Both the position numbers and the translations under genes were made by a program. 64,000 bases of DNA, taken from assembly GCA_000708835.1 (NCBI GenBank), contig DF237452.1, positions 3,856-67,855 on the forward strand, in the 5' to 3' direction. Source of the DNA: Klebsormidium nitens. Lineage: Eukaryota; Plantae; Klebsormidiophyceae. This document shows positions 25,798 to 37,664 of the stretch, in pieces (the first letter of the stretch is position 1; the number at the start of each line of letters is the position of its first letter). Under the pieces are notes generated by a model. That model was not told where the DNA came from and did no database searches. It saw only the letters and a program-made list of their open reading frames with translations.

Positions 25798-27502
25798 GTT
25801 AAACGAGAAATTTTTAGAGGAAAAGGCTTCATGTAAACCATTTTAAGTATGTCGACATTCAAGTGCTCTTCAGCACGTTTCAATGGAGGTGACTCAATGG
25901 AGAAGTGTTTGCTCATGCATGATGCAACGCTTTGTTATAAGAGGTGTAGTGATTGCATCCGGCCCGACGCGGTATTTGAAGTGCATTCTTTTGCATATAT
26001 GATTCTAATGGCTTTCAAACATGATCAGGAACCATAGATGGTATCATTACCTTGATGATGTGCGCTTGAGTTTATGCTAAATGTTATATTTTGTCTGTGA
26101 ACGGTACAACTTAAAGAAGATTCTGAGTAATATGCACTTGATTGGTCACTGCATGTTAGTGTCGGTATATCCGACGACACAACGGCAAAGTCGTGGATCG
26201 AACTGATTTATCCTATAATTACTACAATTGCATGTCGGGTAAATGTCTTCATATTTCCGGAGAATTACAGGATGCATATGTCACAGTATGGATATGCATA
26301 TATTTTCGATGTACTGACGATCGCGACTTACAAGAAGGATGAAAATCGTGCGTATACGGTACCTGGGGGGCTTCATGTTGCAGACAGACTCTTTAGAGAG
26401 CATGCAGTGATGCGAGCACATGGCCCTGTTAGTAAGAGAGACAGAGGCAGAGAAGAACTGACCCTGTGATCAGATAAATTATTACAACGTTTGAGCCGAG
26501 CTCAGATCTATCTAGTCTCTTTGTCGAATGATAACTTAAGTTTTTGTGTATGTCACTGCCCTTCAGCCAGCTGGATGGTTGCTGATTTACAAGGAAGGTT
26601 GTCAGGATGGGAAGCTGCTCCACTAGCTACACTAACGTAGCTTGCCTACCTAAAGTATTGCTAGCAACGTTAGCAAAATTCAGGATTTGTAAGGCAAATG
26701 TCGATCTCAGTTCCTATACCTCAAAGAATTTGAACACAAGTAATCAACTGTTTAGACTCGAGTTGGAGAATCTGTACTCGGAAGTGAAGTTTCTCGCTGA
26801 TGGCTTAGCTTTGTCGCTAAGAACAGTGACGACTAGCTGTTTGCGCGCGCACAAAGCTCGGGCTATCACTCTTTACAGGCCGGCTATTGGTATTCGAGCA
26901 ATAGTTGTTCCGGCGGGAGCCTCTTATTTGTTCGCGAGCGGCGCGCGCTGAAGTCCACTAGCTTGTGGTTCAATGTCCTGTCAGGATCTACACAAGGGCA
27001 ATCCAAGGACTGGCAGAGCCTTATTGTTGAGCGTCAGTGAGAGAACTGACAGCGGTCTAGGGTCTTGAAATACCATCCTCTCTAGTCTAAAAGGCTGGCA
27101 TCTCGACTTTTCTGTTGGCGTTAGTTGCCGGTCCGCAACGGACTACTCTGAAGTTTATTGGCTGCCGCCTGATGGGAAAACGGGCGACACCGCGGCGACC
27201 GACAACGACCTGCAGCGCCACCATGTGTGTTAGATCCAAGAATCTTATTGCAGGTTGGTGAAATGATGTCAACCAAGGAAATCACTTCCTGCGCAGGAGA
27301 CTGCTGCCAAGAAAGTCGGTTGTCAACCAACGGAAGTGCTCCATTTTAGGGTCTCGGAAAGGATGCAAAAGACTTCCCAATCCTTTTCTAATGAACTCTA
27401 TCACAACAGGGCACAAACATAACATCACACGACAAACTTTCAGGACATGCTGCAGGAAGTATATGGCAAGGGGATTCGCGCTCACCTTGTCTAGCTGGAT
27501 AC

Positions 27503-30500
27503 TTAGACGGGTTGGCAGAAGGGATTGGGGCCGTCGGTTCCCCCGCACTGGTAGAACGCACTCGGGCAGCAGACAGCGGGACCGCTACCACCCGCGGGGT
27601 AGCACTGCAAACAGAAGACCGCCCATTCTTAACAATCCAGTAGCATTACAATCGGCTCTACGGCCTGACTTTTCCTAGGTTTGGTCTCCCTGTGCAGCGT
27701 CTACAAGTATAGCTTTGTGCTGTAAGTTCCAGAGCAGAAAAGACAAGACTTCTAAGTCGAAGATAAGAGTCGAAACAGAAAATGCTCACAGAATTGAGGA
27801 ATTGACGAATTTATCATCTGTGACATACCGGTTGGTTGAAATCCGGATTGGTACAGGTTCCATCCACAGTAGGAGAAACACCGGCCAACAGCGCTGAGGG
27901 AGAGGGGGTGGTCCCAATGGGGGTGGCGCCAGAGTCGACACCGCCACCTGGAAGAGTGCAGAATTGCACGGCATCGTTCGTGGAGTCGGGCGGGCCGTAC
28001 TGGCCAGAGCACTGGCTGGGGTTCCTGCAGCAGGAAACGTATTTGCCGCCAGTGGAGTAGCACTGCACAGCACAAGTAAGAGGGTTAGTGGGGTTACGTG
28101 AGTGGTTTGAGAAGGCATGTTTCGATGAAGCATGCAAGTTCGTTGGTTTCAAGGTAACCTTTACTTCCCACACTGCAGAACAATGCGCGGCGGATGAGAG
28201 CAGCTTCACCGAACGAAGAAAAGAGTGCCTACTCAAACGGGGTTATAGACTTGACACTTGGACTCCGTCCAAATCCAACACCTAGGCAATATCCTCCTCG
28301 AACTCTGGTACTCTGATCCAGACGGGTGGGTCGACTTACGTAGTTAGCATCGCTTGGGCAGGAGCCGTCAGGATTAGCGGGAACAGTGGTGACTGCAAAA
28401 TAACGGAGAGAAAGTTTTAGGATTTGTTTTGGTGTCCACCGCCATTTACCACGAGAAGAGTACATGCAATCCCCCTACACTACTGAGCACCCAGGATCAC
28501 GTGGTTGCGAAAATCCACACAGATCGCATGATTGCGAAAATCCACAATGATCACGTAGTTGCAAAATTCCACTAAGACCAAGTCTGGATTCGAAAAACCG
28601 AGTATTTTGATGCGTTACAACTTTAGGTCGTAACCAAAGAAACCCACGCAGCGTCTGTTTCTGAAACTCAGAAGAATCCGAAACAGAGCACTCTCTTCAG
28701 AGCTTCGAAGCTTCCTCCTGCATGCGGACTTGTACAAGACATCCAAGAGAACCCAGTGCATATTCGCAAGAGTCGATCTCTAAGCAAGGGGCGACCAGGA
28801 AGAGGCGTCTCCTCACTGTTGCCCTGGAGCAGCTTCCTCATGGTCGCCTGAACTGCGTGCGTAAACTCATTCCGGGAGACGCGCTTAAGGGCAGGGTGGG
28901 CGGCCGCCTGACGCTGGCTGAAGGCCACCTCGAAGGTGGTGAAAGGAACGGGCGTCACAATAACGTCAGCACCGGTCAGGTCAACGCAGGAGACGGGCTC
29001 GTGGTTGATGGTGGCGGGGGGGAGGGGCACCACAGAGAAGCTGCAAGGACAGATCGTGGCCAAGGTTAGAGATTTGCTTGGTTCAAAAGCGAAATGAGAA
29101 TTAAATGAATAGAGAGCGTATTTCAATGTGCACAGAAGGATAGAAGGGCTTGTCCTTGACGCTAAAGGTTGGCTACCATCCAGGGGTAATGTAAAATGCA
29201 ACATTAGAACCTGCATGCAAAGGGTCACTTAGAAGATCTAATCGCCAGGTAATGTTCTTTGAGGACACTGTTGCTGATGACAAGCTAATGGCAAGCTGAT
29301 GTCACTTGAAGCACCCACAAAGAAAGAGAGGCTTCCAAAGATACATTTCTGCATGCACCCCACAGGCGCCTTGAGAGCAGCTTAACCCAGTAGGATCAGC
29401 AGCGAATTTGGTCCAAGAACTCTCAGGCTCGAAAAAAGCTCAACCCAGCAGGATCAGAAGCAAATATATGGATCAAGAAAATGTCACGGGGAATAATGGG
29501 ACCAACAAGGACCTTCTTCACCCACCTCTTGCCAGCAGCCACAGACTTCATGACCTGCCACTTGATGTCAGCACCGTGCTTGATGGAGTTGTGGTGCAAG
29601 AAGAGGGGAGATCCCTCGACATCGTGCTGCACCATGGTGTGCCCGCAGAAGCTCCCGGTCTCAGTCTCTGACCCAGCTGCCGCCACTGGCGTCTCCACCA
29701 TGAAGAAGGGGGTGCCAGTCGCGAGGAACGCGAGCCGGAATGCCTCCTTGTCTCCGTTCACCAGCTGCTGGAAGGTCGCATCCTTGGCAAGGAAGAATGC
29801 GAGGTTGAGAGCGGCCCAAGAGCGGCGCTTGTTGACCACCATCTGGCCAGACTCCTGCTCCCAGCCCTGGGCAGCAACCTCCAGAATGGACCAGATGGGG
29901 TTGGAGGATGCTGTTTGCCAGAAGTCGGGCCAGAAGAGGGCTCCGGTGGCAAGGTACTCGGGAGAAGAGAAGAGGGCGGCGGGGTTGGACAGGGGGACGT
30001 TGTCAGCATCAAGGAAGAGGACCTCCTCAAAGGCAGAGTTGATGATGGCCAGGGGCTTAGCCTGCAGTGAGGAAAGGAGAAGGGTTAGTTAGTGCTTTTG
30101 CTAGAGGAATAGCAACTCCCTGCTAAGGCTAGATTACAGTCAGCCAGGAGGTTGGCCTGCTAGAGGAAATTGTGCATGTGCTGAATAGATGGATCAACAT
30201 TGAGAAAGAAGGGGGACTTGGAGCTGCCAAAAGAAATAATTGCTGACTGAGTAGCACTAGTAACCCTCCCTGTCGAGAGACAAGCTCTAGGTACCAAGCA
30301 GCAATGCCTACAATATTTTCAGCTCAATTTGAGAAGCATCATGCATCAAAAGGTCCAGTAGACACTATGCTCTTGTTGAGAGGACAAATGGGAGAGAATG
30401 GTGTATCTGGCCTTGCTATGAGTGAGAGAAACGCAAGTATACAAATCAAGAAGCTTTCCAGAATCGCAAATACAGGGCTCAACACTTCACCATTCACACA

Positions 30501-32277
30501 TGCAGATCAGATTATCCAGAAGGCACAAACATGAACATCAAGAACAATCTCAACAGTCTCACAACCCCAAGTCAAGAAGTATTCTCACAATCGCAGGTGC
30601 AGGTTAAGAAGCACTCCCACAAAAGCAAGGCGCCCATGCACAAGTTGAGACCTTTCAACATTTGCAGAGTGTCCCCCACTCTTCCCCGCCCAAAGCAGAA
30701 GTGCTAGCTTTCTAAGAGGCAAGAAGTGCGAGCAAGACTACCGATACCACAGGACACTCCCTCTTACCCGGAAATTGCAGAAGGAAGAGCTATTTCATAC
30801 CCTCATACATGATGAGATAACCACTTCCCTGAACGTTTAATCTAGTATGAAACATTCCCGCTTCTACCTGATATGACAGACCTCTTACTAATGCAAGGTT
30901 TCTTGGACATACACACTTAGTGCAGTAACATCTGTGCGGAAAGCATACAACGCTACCTTGGGCGCTACATATGCAGCCTACCCCAACAGAAACAAGGTTG
31001 GAGTGGCACTGTTGCCCTAACAGCAGAACAAAGAAATTTGCATCCTCGCAGCTTTCGAGATCTTTTCGTGAACCAAGGGGTTGACTTCTCAGGGATGCCA
31101 GAAATGTCACTACCTGGGGACTGACTGGGTGTTCAAAATGGAACACAAGATTCACTCAAAATGCACACAAAATGCACACGTGTTCAGAGAAAGACAACCA
31201 ACCTGGAACACGCGCTCTCCCTGGCTGGTGACAGTGCTCGTGAGGTCCTTCGCACTGGCATAGTTGGCTACATTGCGGATCACCAGCTTCCGGTAGGTGC
31301 TCGACAGGGTGGCGATAACATCAGCGCTGACCTCACCCGAGTACCAGATCTGCAAGGGAGGGAGAAAGCAAATTACAGATATTGTCATGTATTGCTCTGG
31401 TTCTCCTTGATGTGCACATAGTATTGTCAGCCTGCAGTCCCACAGGCGAGTGCATAATGCTAGGCGCTGAGCTTAAAGGTAGAAGGACAGAGGAGCTTCT
31501 CCATCAATGAGGGAGTCCTGTGAAGAGATGTGGCATTGAGAACCTGCCGTGTTAACCCACACCAGCACCAAGAACAAACAATTGCAAAGCGCATCATGCA
31601 CTGACTAACTTTCCTCACATTCTTGAAGTTTCAAGACACTGTTTGACCACAACCAGACCGTCACAATGACCAAATAAAGCAATCCTCTATAAGACCCGAA
31701 CATGGCATAGTGTCATCATAGTTTGTCAACCTAGTTCAGCAATCAAGAACCAGCTGCCGGATACAGCACCTGCTTTCAAACATCTCAGGTGACTGGGTGG
31801 CTAACAAAGCTCACATAGTCTGATTCCTGCGCAAGACCCCCCTTTTTCTCTGCACTCTTGCACCTCTTCGATCAGATCTGCACTCGTTGTACAATGTACC
31901 TCTCCAGATCTCTGACAACAAATTCATTGATTGCACCTGCTGCACAAACAATGGCGCCTCACCTCAACAGGAAGGTTGAAGCCTTCAGACTGGAGCGTCT
32001 CCAGGATGGTCGGCACATTCACCAGATCCAGTGTAGTCGCCGTTATCACCAACCCCCGACCTGAGAAGCGGCCTGTTGGGAACTCAGGAGTCTTAGCCAC
32101 AACCGACTTCCAGACGGCTGAAAGTTGTGCTGATTGGCTGGCAAGAAGCGGCCATTGGGGGGAAGACAGGCTGTGGAAGTTGCAATCCACGTGCGGTTCC
32201 CGGGGGACGCACGCAGCGGCGCAGAGAGCAATGGCGGACAGACCAAAGAGCGCCGCGAGGGCTACCCTTGGAGCCAT
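27503..32277 (-). CDS. GT71/Mannosyl_trans3 (MNN2/MNN5-like) alpha-mannosyltransferase with signal peptide and two C-terminal six-Cys repeats, 536 aa
   Basis: Exons 32277-31963, 31349-31203, 30061-29526, 29040-28817, 28392-28340, 28062-27829, 27604-27503; total 1611 nt, phases consistent. Motifs GRFSGRGLVITA, LPVEIWY, KPLAIINSAFEEVLFLDADN (DxD), LFWPDFW, EQESGQMVVNK, GDKEAFRLAF, FCGHTMVQHD, LFLHHN. The 28817 donor is inferred. Confidence 0.88.
28495..28572. repeat. Intronic tandem repeat (about 27-bp unit x3)
   Basis: gatcacgtggttgcgaaaatccac / gatcgcatgattgcgaaaatccac / gatcacgtagttgcaaaattccac. Confidence 0.8.
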
Positions 32278-32680
32278 TGCGAACTGCGATTGGAGGGGCG
32301 GGGAGAAAGCGGGTGAGAGAATTGTAATCTTGGAACCTTGGATCTGAAGGCTTTTCAGGCAGAAGGAAGGAGCCGGCTGGTAGGTAGAAGATGATGGCTG
32401 ACGACTCACAAGAGCTCAGCTCAGAGCTGCAACAGTGCAAAGAAGACTGTCTGCAGTGTGCACGAAATGGAAGGACGCCCGCTGAAGGTTGAAGGACCAC
32501 AGCTGTACCGTAGTAATTACTAGTTACTACCTAATACCGTACACTCCCACACTTTGCCCAGCGTGAGTGCTCAACTGACAACATACCGTACCGGTACTCC
32601 TAGATTTTCGGTACGGAGAACATGTACGGTAGGTTAGGATAACATGAGTCAGGGGCGATTCGCACCCGCAGCATTTTGAC

Positions 32681-32940
32681 TTTCCGATATTAAAGCTTCT
32701 TATCGGATCGGTAAAGTTCAACTTTCCGATAAGTCCTTATCGGTACTTTGCTTATCGGAAAGTCACGCCGATCCGATAAGGAATTCTGGCCCTTATCGGA
32801 AAATTATGACTTTACCTTTCCGATATCCTTATCGGATCGGCGCAAAACTCGGGCAACTTTCCGAAAACTCCTTATCGGTACTTTGCTTATCGGAAAGTCA
32901 CGCCGATCCGATAAGAATCCTATAAGCTTCCCTATCGGGG
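32681..32940. repeat. Array of CCGATAAG/CTTATCGG motifs in inverted pairs, organised in a roughly 135-bp tandem unit
   Basis: CTTATCGG at 32699, 32736, 32751, 32792, 32828, 32871 and 32886; CCGATAAG at 32726, 32773 and 32908. An exact 46-bp direct repeat lies at 32735-32780 and 32870-32915. Confidence 0.9.
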
Positions 32941-33058
32941 TTTCGACAATAAAGTTTCGAAAATCTCCACGCACCGTCGACAAAATTGCTGCAATCCAAA
33001 TCAAGTACACAACGTACTGAAAAGTACTGCAAACGGAGCTAAAAGTAGGGGGGGGGGC

Positions 33059-33680
33059 NNNNNNNNNNNNNNNNNNNNNNNNNNNNNNNNNNNNNNNNNN
33101 NNNNNNNNNNNNNNNNNNNNNNNNNNNNNNNNNNNNNNNNNNNNNNNNNNNNNNNNNNNNNNNNNNNNNNNNNNNNNNNNNNNNNNNNNNNNNNNNNNNN
33201 NNNNNNNNNNNNNNNNNNNNNNNNNNNNNNNNNNNNNNNNNNNNNNNNNNNNNNNNNNNNNNNNNNNNNNNNNNNNNNNNNNNNNNNNNNNNNNNNNNNN
33301 NNNNNNNNNNNNNNNNNNNNNNNNNNNNNNNNNNNNNNNNNNNNNNNNNNNNNNNNNNNNNNNNNNNNNNNNNNNNNNNNNNNNNNNNNNNNNNNNNNNN
33401 NNNNNNNNNNNNNNNNNNNNNNNNNNNNNNNNNNNNNNNNNNNNNNNNNNNNNNNNNNNNNNNNNNNNNNNNNNNNNNNNNNNNNNNNNNNNNNNNNNNN
33501 NNNNNNNNNNNNNNNNNNNNNNNNNNNNNNNNNNNNNNNNNNNNNNNNNNNNNNNNNNNNNNNNNNNNNNNNNNNNNNNNNNNNNNNNNNNNNNNNNNNN
33601 NNNNNNNNNNNNNNNNNNNNNNNNNNNNNNNNNNNNNNNNNNNNNNNNNNNNNNNNNNNNNNNNNNNNNNNNNNNNNNNN
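33059..33680. other. Assembly gap (622 N)
   Basis: Run of N. Confidence 1.
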
Positions 33681-35187
33681 AATCCGGTTCCTGGATTCCG
33701 CTCGAGTGTATGAAGGCATGAGGGTATTAGGACCATGAAGGGTAACTGGCCCCTGGGACGGGAGGGTTAGCTTGGGGGTTAGACTGGGTGCGGACTGCGG
33801 AGCGTGCAAACTTTGAGTTTACGTTTTCAGTTAAGTTTTGCTGTTACCCTTCGTAGCGCTTATACCCTCATTGGAGCGACTGAGGGTTAATGCTAACGGT
33901 TCCTGGGGTAACCGAAATCTTCGATCAAAAACCGACGATCGAAATTCGAAAATGTAGGCGCTCCGCAGTGGCGGCCGCCCGGGCCACCGCACCGGGCACT
34001 GCATTGTCTGAATCCAACTCTCAAAACCCCCCGCACCCGTTCCCCCGGCTATAGCCCGGTCCACGATGTTCACCAGATCGACGACAGACGGGCCCTGGCC
34101 CCGGAATACAATATTACCGATCAGAGGGTCAGAATATCCGGCAAGAATATTGAATATCAAAGCTGAGCAGCTGGAGAGCTCCCCACGGTGGCGTAATACT
34201 AGGTATGGGGGTTGTACGGTTGTGGAGCGGGTGATGGATTGGGTCGGTTTCCGGTGTTAGTCAAAAACTGAGCAATGAGTTACGAATTACACAATGAGAA
34301 GCTTTCAAATTGCAACATATACGCATAATTTCATTTTGAACATTCCAGTTGCTTATTCGACCGTACCTATTCATTGCTGGCAACTCCCTTTCAGTACGGT
34401 TACCGGTAGGCATCCTGAGGGGCTTGTCACCTGAAATTTGGAAGCACCGGGCACCACAGCTATTTAACCGGACGATCAACACAAAAAGCTACCTGCTCCG
34501 CACCCCTATACGTATTAACGACCCTAACCACCAAACAATTGCCCAAACGAGTCCCCCGGGGCCCGGCCTATGAACCGAGAGACAAGCCTGAGCCTGGGAG
34601 TGGCCGGCCACACCATAAATTGGCATATGCACGAGGCAAGCCGCCTGCTCGGCCAGGCAAGTTGGACTATGAAAGTTGCAGTCACCGTGCACATACAACG
34701 AGCCTCGAGGGACGTCATCAAGTACGGTACGCCACTTGGGGTTCGCGAAGGGCCGCGGCGCCAGAAAGATCAATGATTGAGTCTGATGGCTACCGGTAGT
34801 AGGTACCAACTCCGAGGTACCAAGGTACCGGAGTACCTAGGTAGGTACTTCTCCAGCTATACCTACGGTAATTATATTAAATAGAGCTGAGCTGTGAGAG
34901 CCTGTGACCCGTGGCTGCGCATGAAATACGGAAAAGGTACGTACCAGTCCCTGCCGTATGACGATGTCAGAAAGGTATACCTACCATGCCGGTATCGTGC
35001 TCACAGTGAATACCTGGAAGCCAAAACCGTACGTCTGACGTCACTCGATCTGCCGTACAAAAAACCATTTCAGGTGTACCTATTGGCAGATTTGAAGTCA
35101 CGAGGTACGTGCTACGGTAGGTACCGCTGCCATTTCAAGAACGAGCCGTGGGCCCGTGGCCCGTCAGCCGTCAGTGAATGTACTAGC

Positions 35188-35250
35188 ATACGGTATACGG
35201 TATACGGTATACGGTATTAGCATATACGGTACTAGCATACGGTATACGGT
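35188..35250. repeat. (ATACGGT)n microsatellite-like tract inside a GTAC-rich patch
   Basis: Seven copies of atacggt: four contiguous, then interrupted. Confidence 0.9.
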
Positions 35251-35441
35251 ACAGTGTACATTGGTAGGTACCTTCAGGCTACAAATCGTCGCGCAGGTAC
35301 CGGTATCACCTACCGGTACCCCATTGATGTGTAATATGACTCATTGATTTGTGGCAAGCCGCAAACTGCAATACCTACGGTAGGTAAGTACCGGTACCTA
35401 TTACAAAAAGGATGAACAATCTGAGGACACCACGCTCATCA

Positions 35442-35461
35442 NNNNNNNNNNNNNNNNNNNN
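35442..35461. other. Assembly gap (20 N)
   Basis: Run of N. Confidence 1.
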
Positions 35462-37664
35462 CGGTACCTATTACGGTACACACAGACTCAGTCGAGACTC
35501 CAGTTCCGGACACGTGCCTACAGCTACCGTAGTTAGGTAGTGAAGTGTTGCCGGTACCCTTCATGAAATCGTGAAATTTTGAAATATGGGAGTTTAATAC
35601 CAGTACTACTAGTAGTGGTACCGTATACCGTATTTACGTGGGGGTAAACTTTATCATATCTACCTACATCAAATTGCTGCGGTTTTTCCCCGGTGCGACC
35701 GGACGATCACCTACCGGTATAGTATAAGGTCGCACCCTTATCCCGAAGTCTGGGGTGACGGGTCGATCGAGAGGAAATGAGAAGAAAGCGGTCGTGTCAA
35801 GATTCAGACCACCAGTGATTCCGGGTTTGCGCGTCGCATTATAGTCTGCCGGGCAGCCGGAGCTTTTACTGTCATTGAATGTGTTACTGTTAGGTTTAGT
35901 CCTACCTACCGGTACTTGCAATCTGCGTCATCATGGAGCCAATTGGCAATACCTACAGGTGGGTAGCCGAATCTTTATTTGCCTGAGGGTTCCGCGAATA
36001 CGCGCAACCGTCCGATGAAATTTATCAACCTCACCGCCGCTCGATCAATCAAGGAAGAAGGGGCCTAATCGCAACTCGCAAACCATCGACAGACTGGAGA
36101 CCCGTCCTGGTCAAGGACAATGCCTATGCCAGCTCGAATCACAGGTGCCATTCCGCCATGGCTGCCTTGAAGCTCCCTACTGCAGCCATTGTGAAGCTGA
36201 AAACTCAGCTTCTTGCGTCAGTAAACTGCTCCTTCCTTCTTTTTCAGCTACTGCAAGCTTTTAGAAATGTCATTGAACCTTGAATGAGCTTGCAGAAGGC
36301 TTGCTGCATGGGGATTTGATGAGGTCCTTGAGCCTCCCGAAACCATACGATACACTTTACGGTCTTGGGACAAGGGTCAAATGACCATGCCTGAGCTTGA
36401 AAAAAGTGCGAGCAGCTAGCATTCTGAATTCACTACGGGATAGGAAGCTTCATTGTCCTGATTGATGGACATGGTGAGGAGCGCCGCAGCAAACACCACC
36501 CTAGGTTCAACAAGGAAGTCGGAAAGCTTGGCAGCCATTGTTAGTAACTCGTCAGCCTGACGTCATCATAATTGCTAGGACTTCATTCTGGCCGTCCGAT
36601 GCGTTCATCGCGACGCTCAACACTCGAAATTGCTGGAGCCAATGCGCTATCAGAAAGGCCAAATAATTTTGAGATTCGGCGTTCCACCTGCTATACCCGG
36701 CTACCGTAGTCAAGACTCAAATGAACCCAACTAGCCAGCTAGAGACAGAGTTACCGGTACCTAGGTAGGTACCTACTTCAATGGGCCCATACCAATATAC
36801 CGTACGGTACGGTACCTTACCTACTTGTATAAAGCCCAGTATACTGTATAGGTAGCCTGGCTTTTTTCGTCCGTCCGGCCCACACATTCATGCATGATCG
36901 GCTCCGAACTCATCAGGATTTGCAGCAGGGTTGCCAGAAATGTTTGGTGGTACCTTTTCTCCTTCTTGTATGGGGAGTTTTTTTAAGGCCGCCTCAAACT
37001 CTCAACAGTCAATGTACGTACAGGTGTGCATTGTTTGGTGGAACCCCTGACGAAGGCGACTGCGATAGACTGACAAGGGGCTGGACATTGGGACAACCGC
37101 TCAAAATGTGCACCTACAATGGTTCATTGTCCAAGTACAGCTTAGGGGAATCACCTCAAAGAGCCTCTAGTCTTCAAAGATTGCAGGTCAGCCTTACGTC
37201 TCATTTGGGTTCCATCAATCAGTTGCCCACTTGCATACAATCTAACTTACCTGAAAGTTACAAGTAGAATTAGGCATGGTTCGTTATGCATGCGACACAT
37301 ACGCACCCGCATCATGGAGGCACCCAATTTGTTCACAGGTGGTCGCTTGCAACCGCCCTATTGTGAACAAGCCCGCTGCGATGCTCAGTGCTTATATGAT
37401 AGACTCTTGTTGCGTAACCACGAAACGTATTGCCCGCTGGGCTGACTCCCCTGCTTCTTCGTGATGAGTACTCTGTACTGTCCTGGATTTGTAGACCACA
37501 TACTCGACTATGATACAAAGCTCAAAACTTGAGCAATCAAATCGGTCTTTTTCAAGTTTCGCCATCACCGCTCTATGTACCTCACGCGGCAATACAGGCA
37601 CTCTGCAACGCCGCATCCTATTTACAAGCAGATGTTCTGTACAACTACGGAATCCAATAATTGA

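Noticed and set aside
32681-32940. CRISPR-like repeat-spacer array
   Set aside because: No constant repeat with unique spacers, no cas genes, and a eukaryotic context.
32650-33755. Possible hAT element from CAGGGGC (32650) to GCCCCTG (about 33749-33755)
   Set aside because: Only a 7-bp match, no 8-bp TSD, and the interior is a gap.
32804-33809. Long ORFs of 310 and 256 aa in the ORF track
   Set aside because: Artefacts of translating through the N gap.
33690-37460. Autonomous transposon ORFs in the repeat-rich region after the gap
   Set aside because: I could not recognise any transposase, RT, integrase or Rep/helicase motif in the short ORFs.
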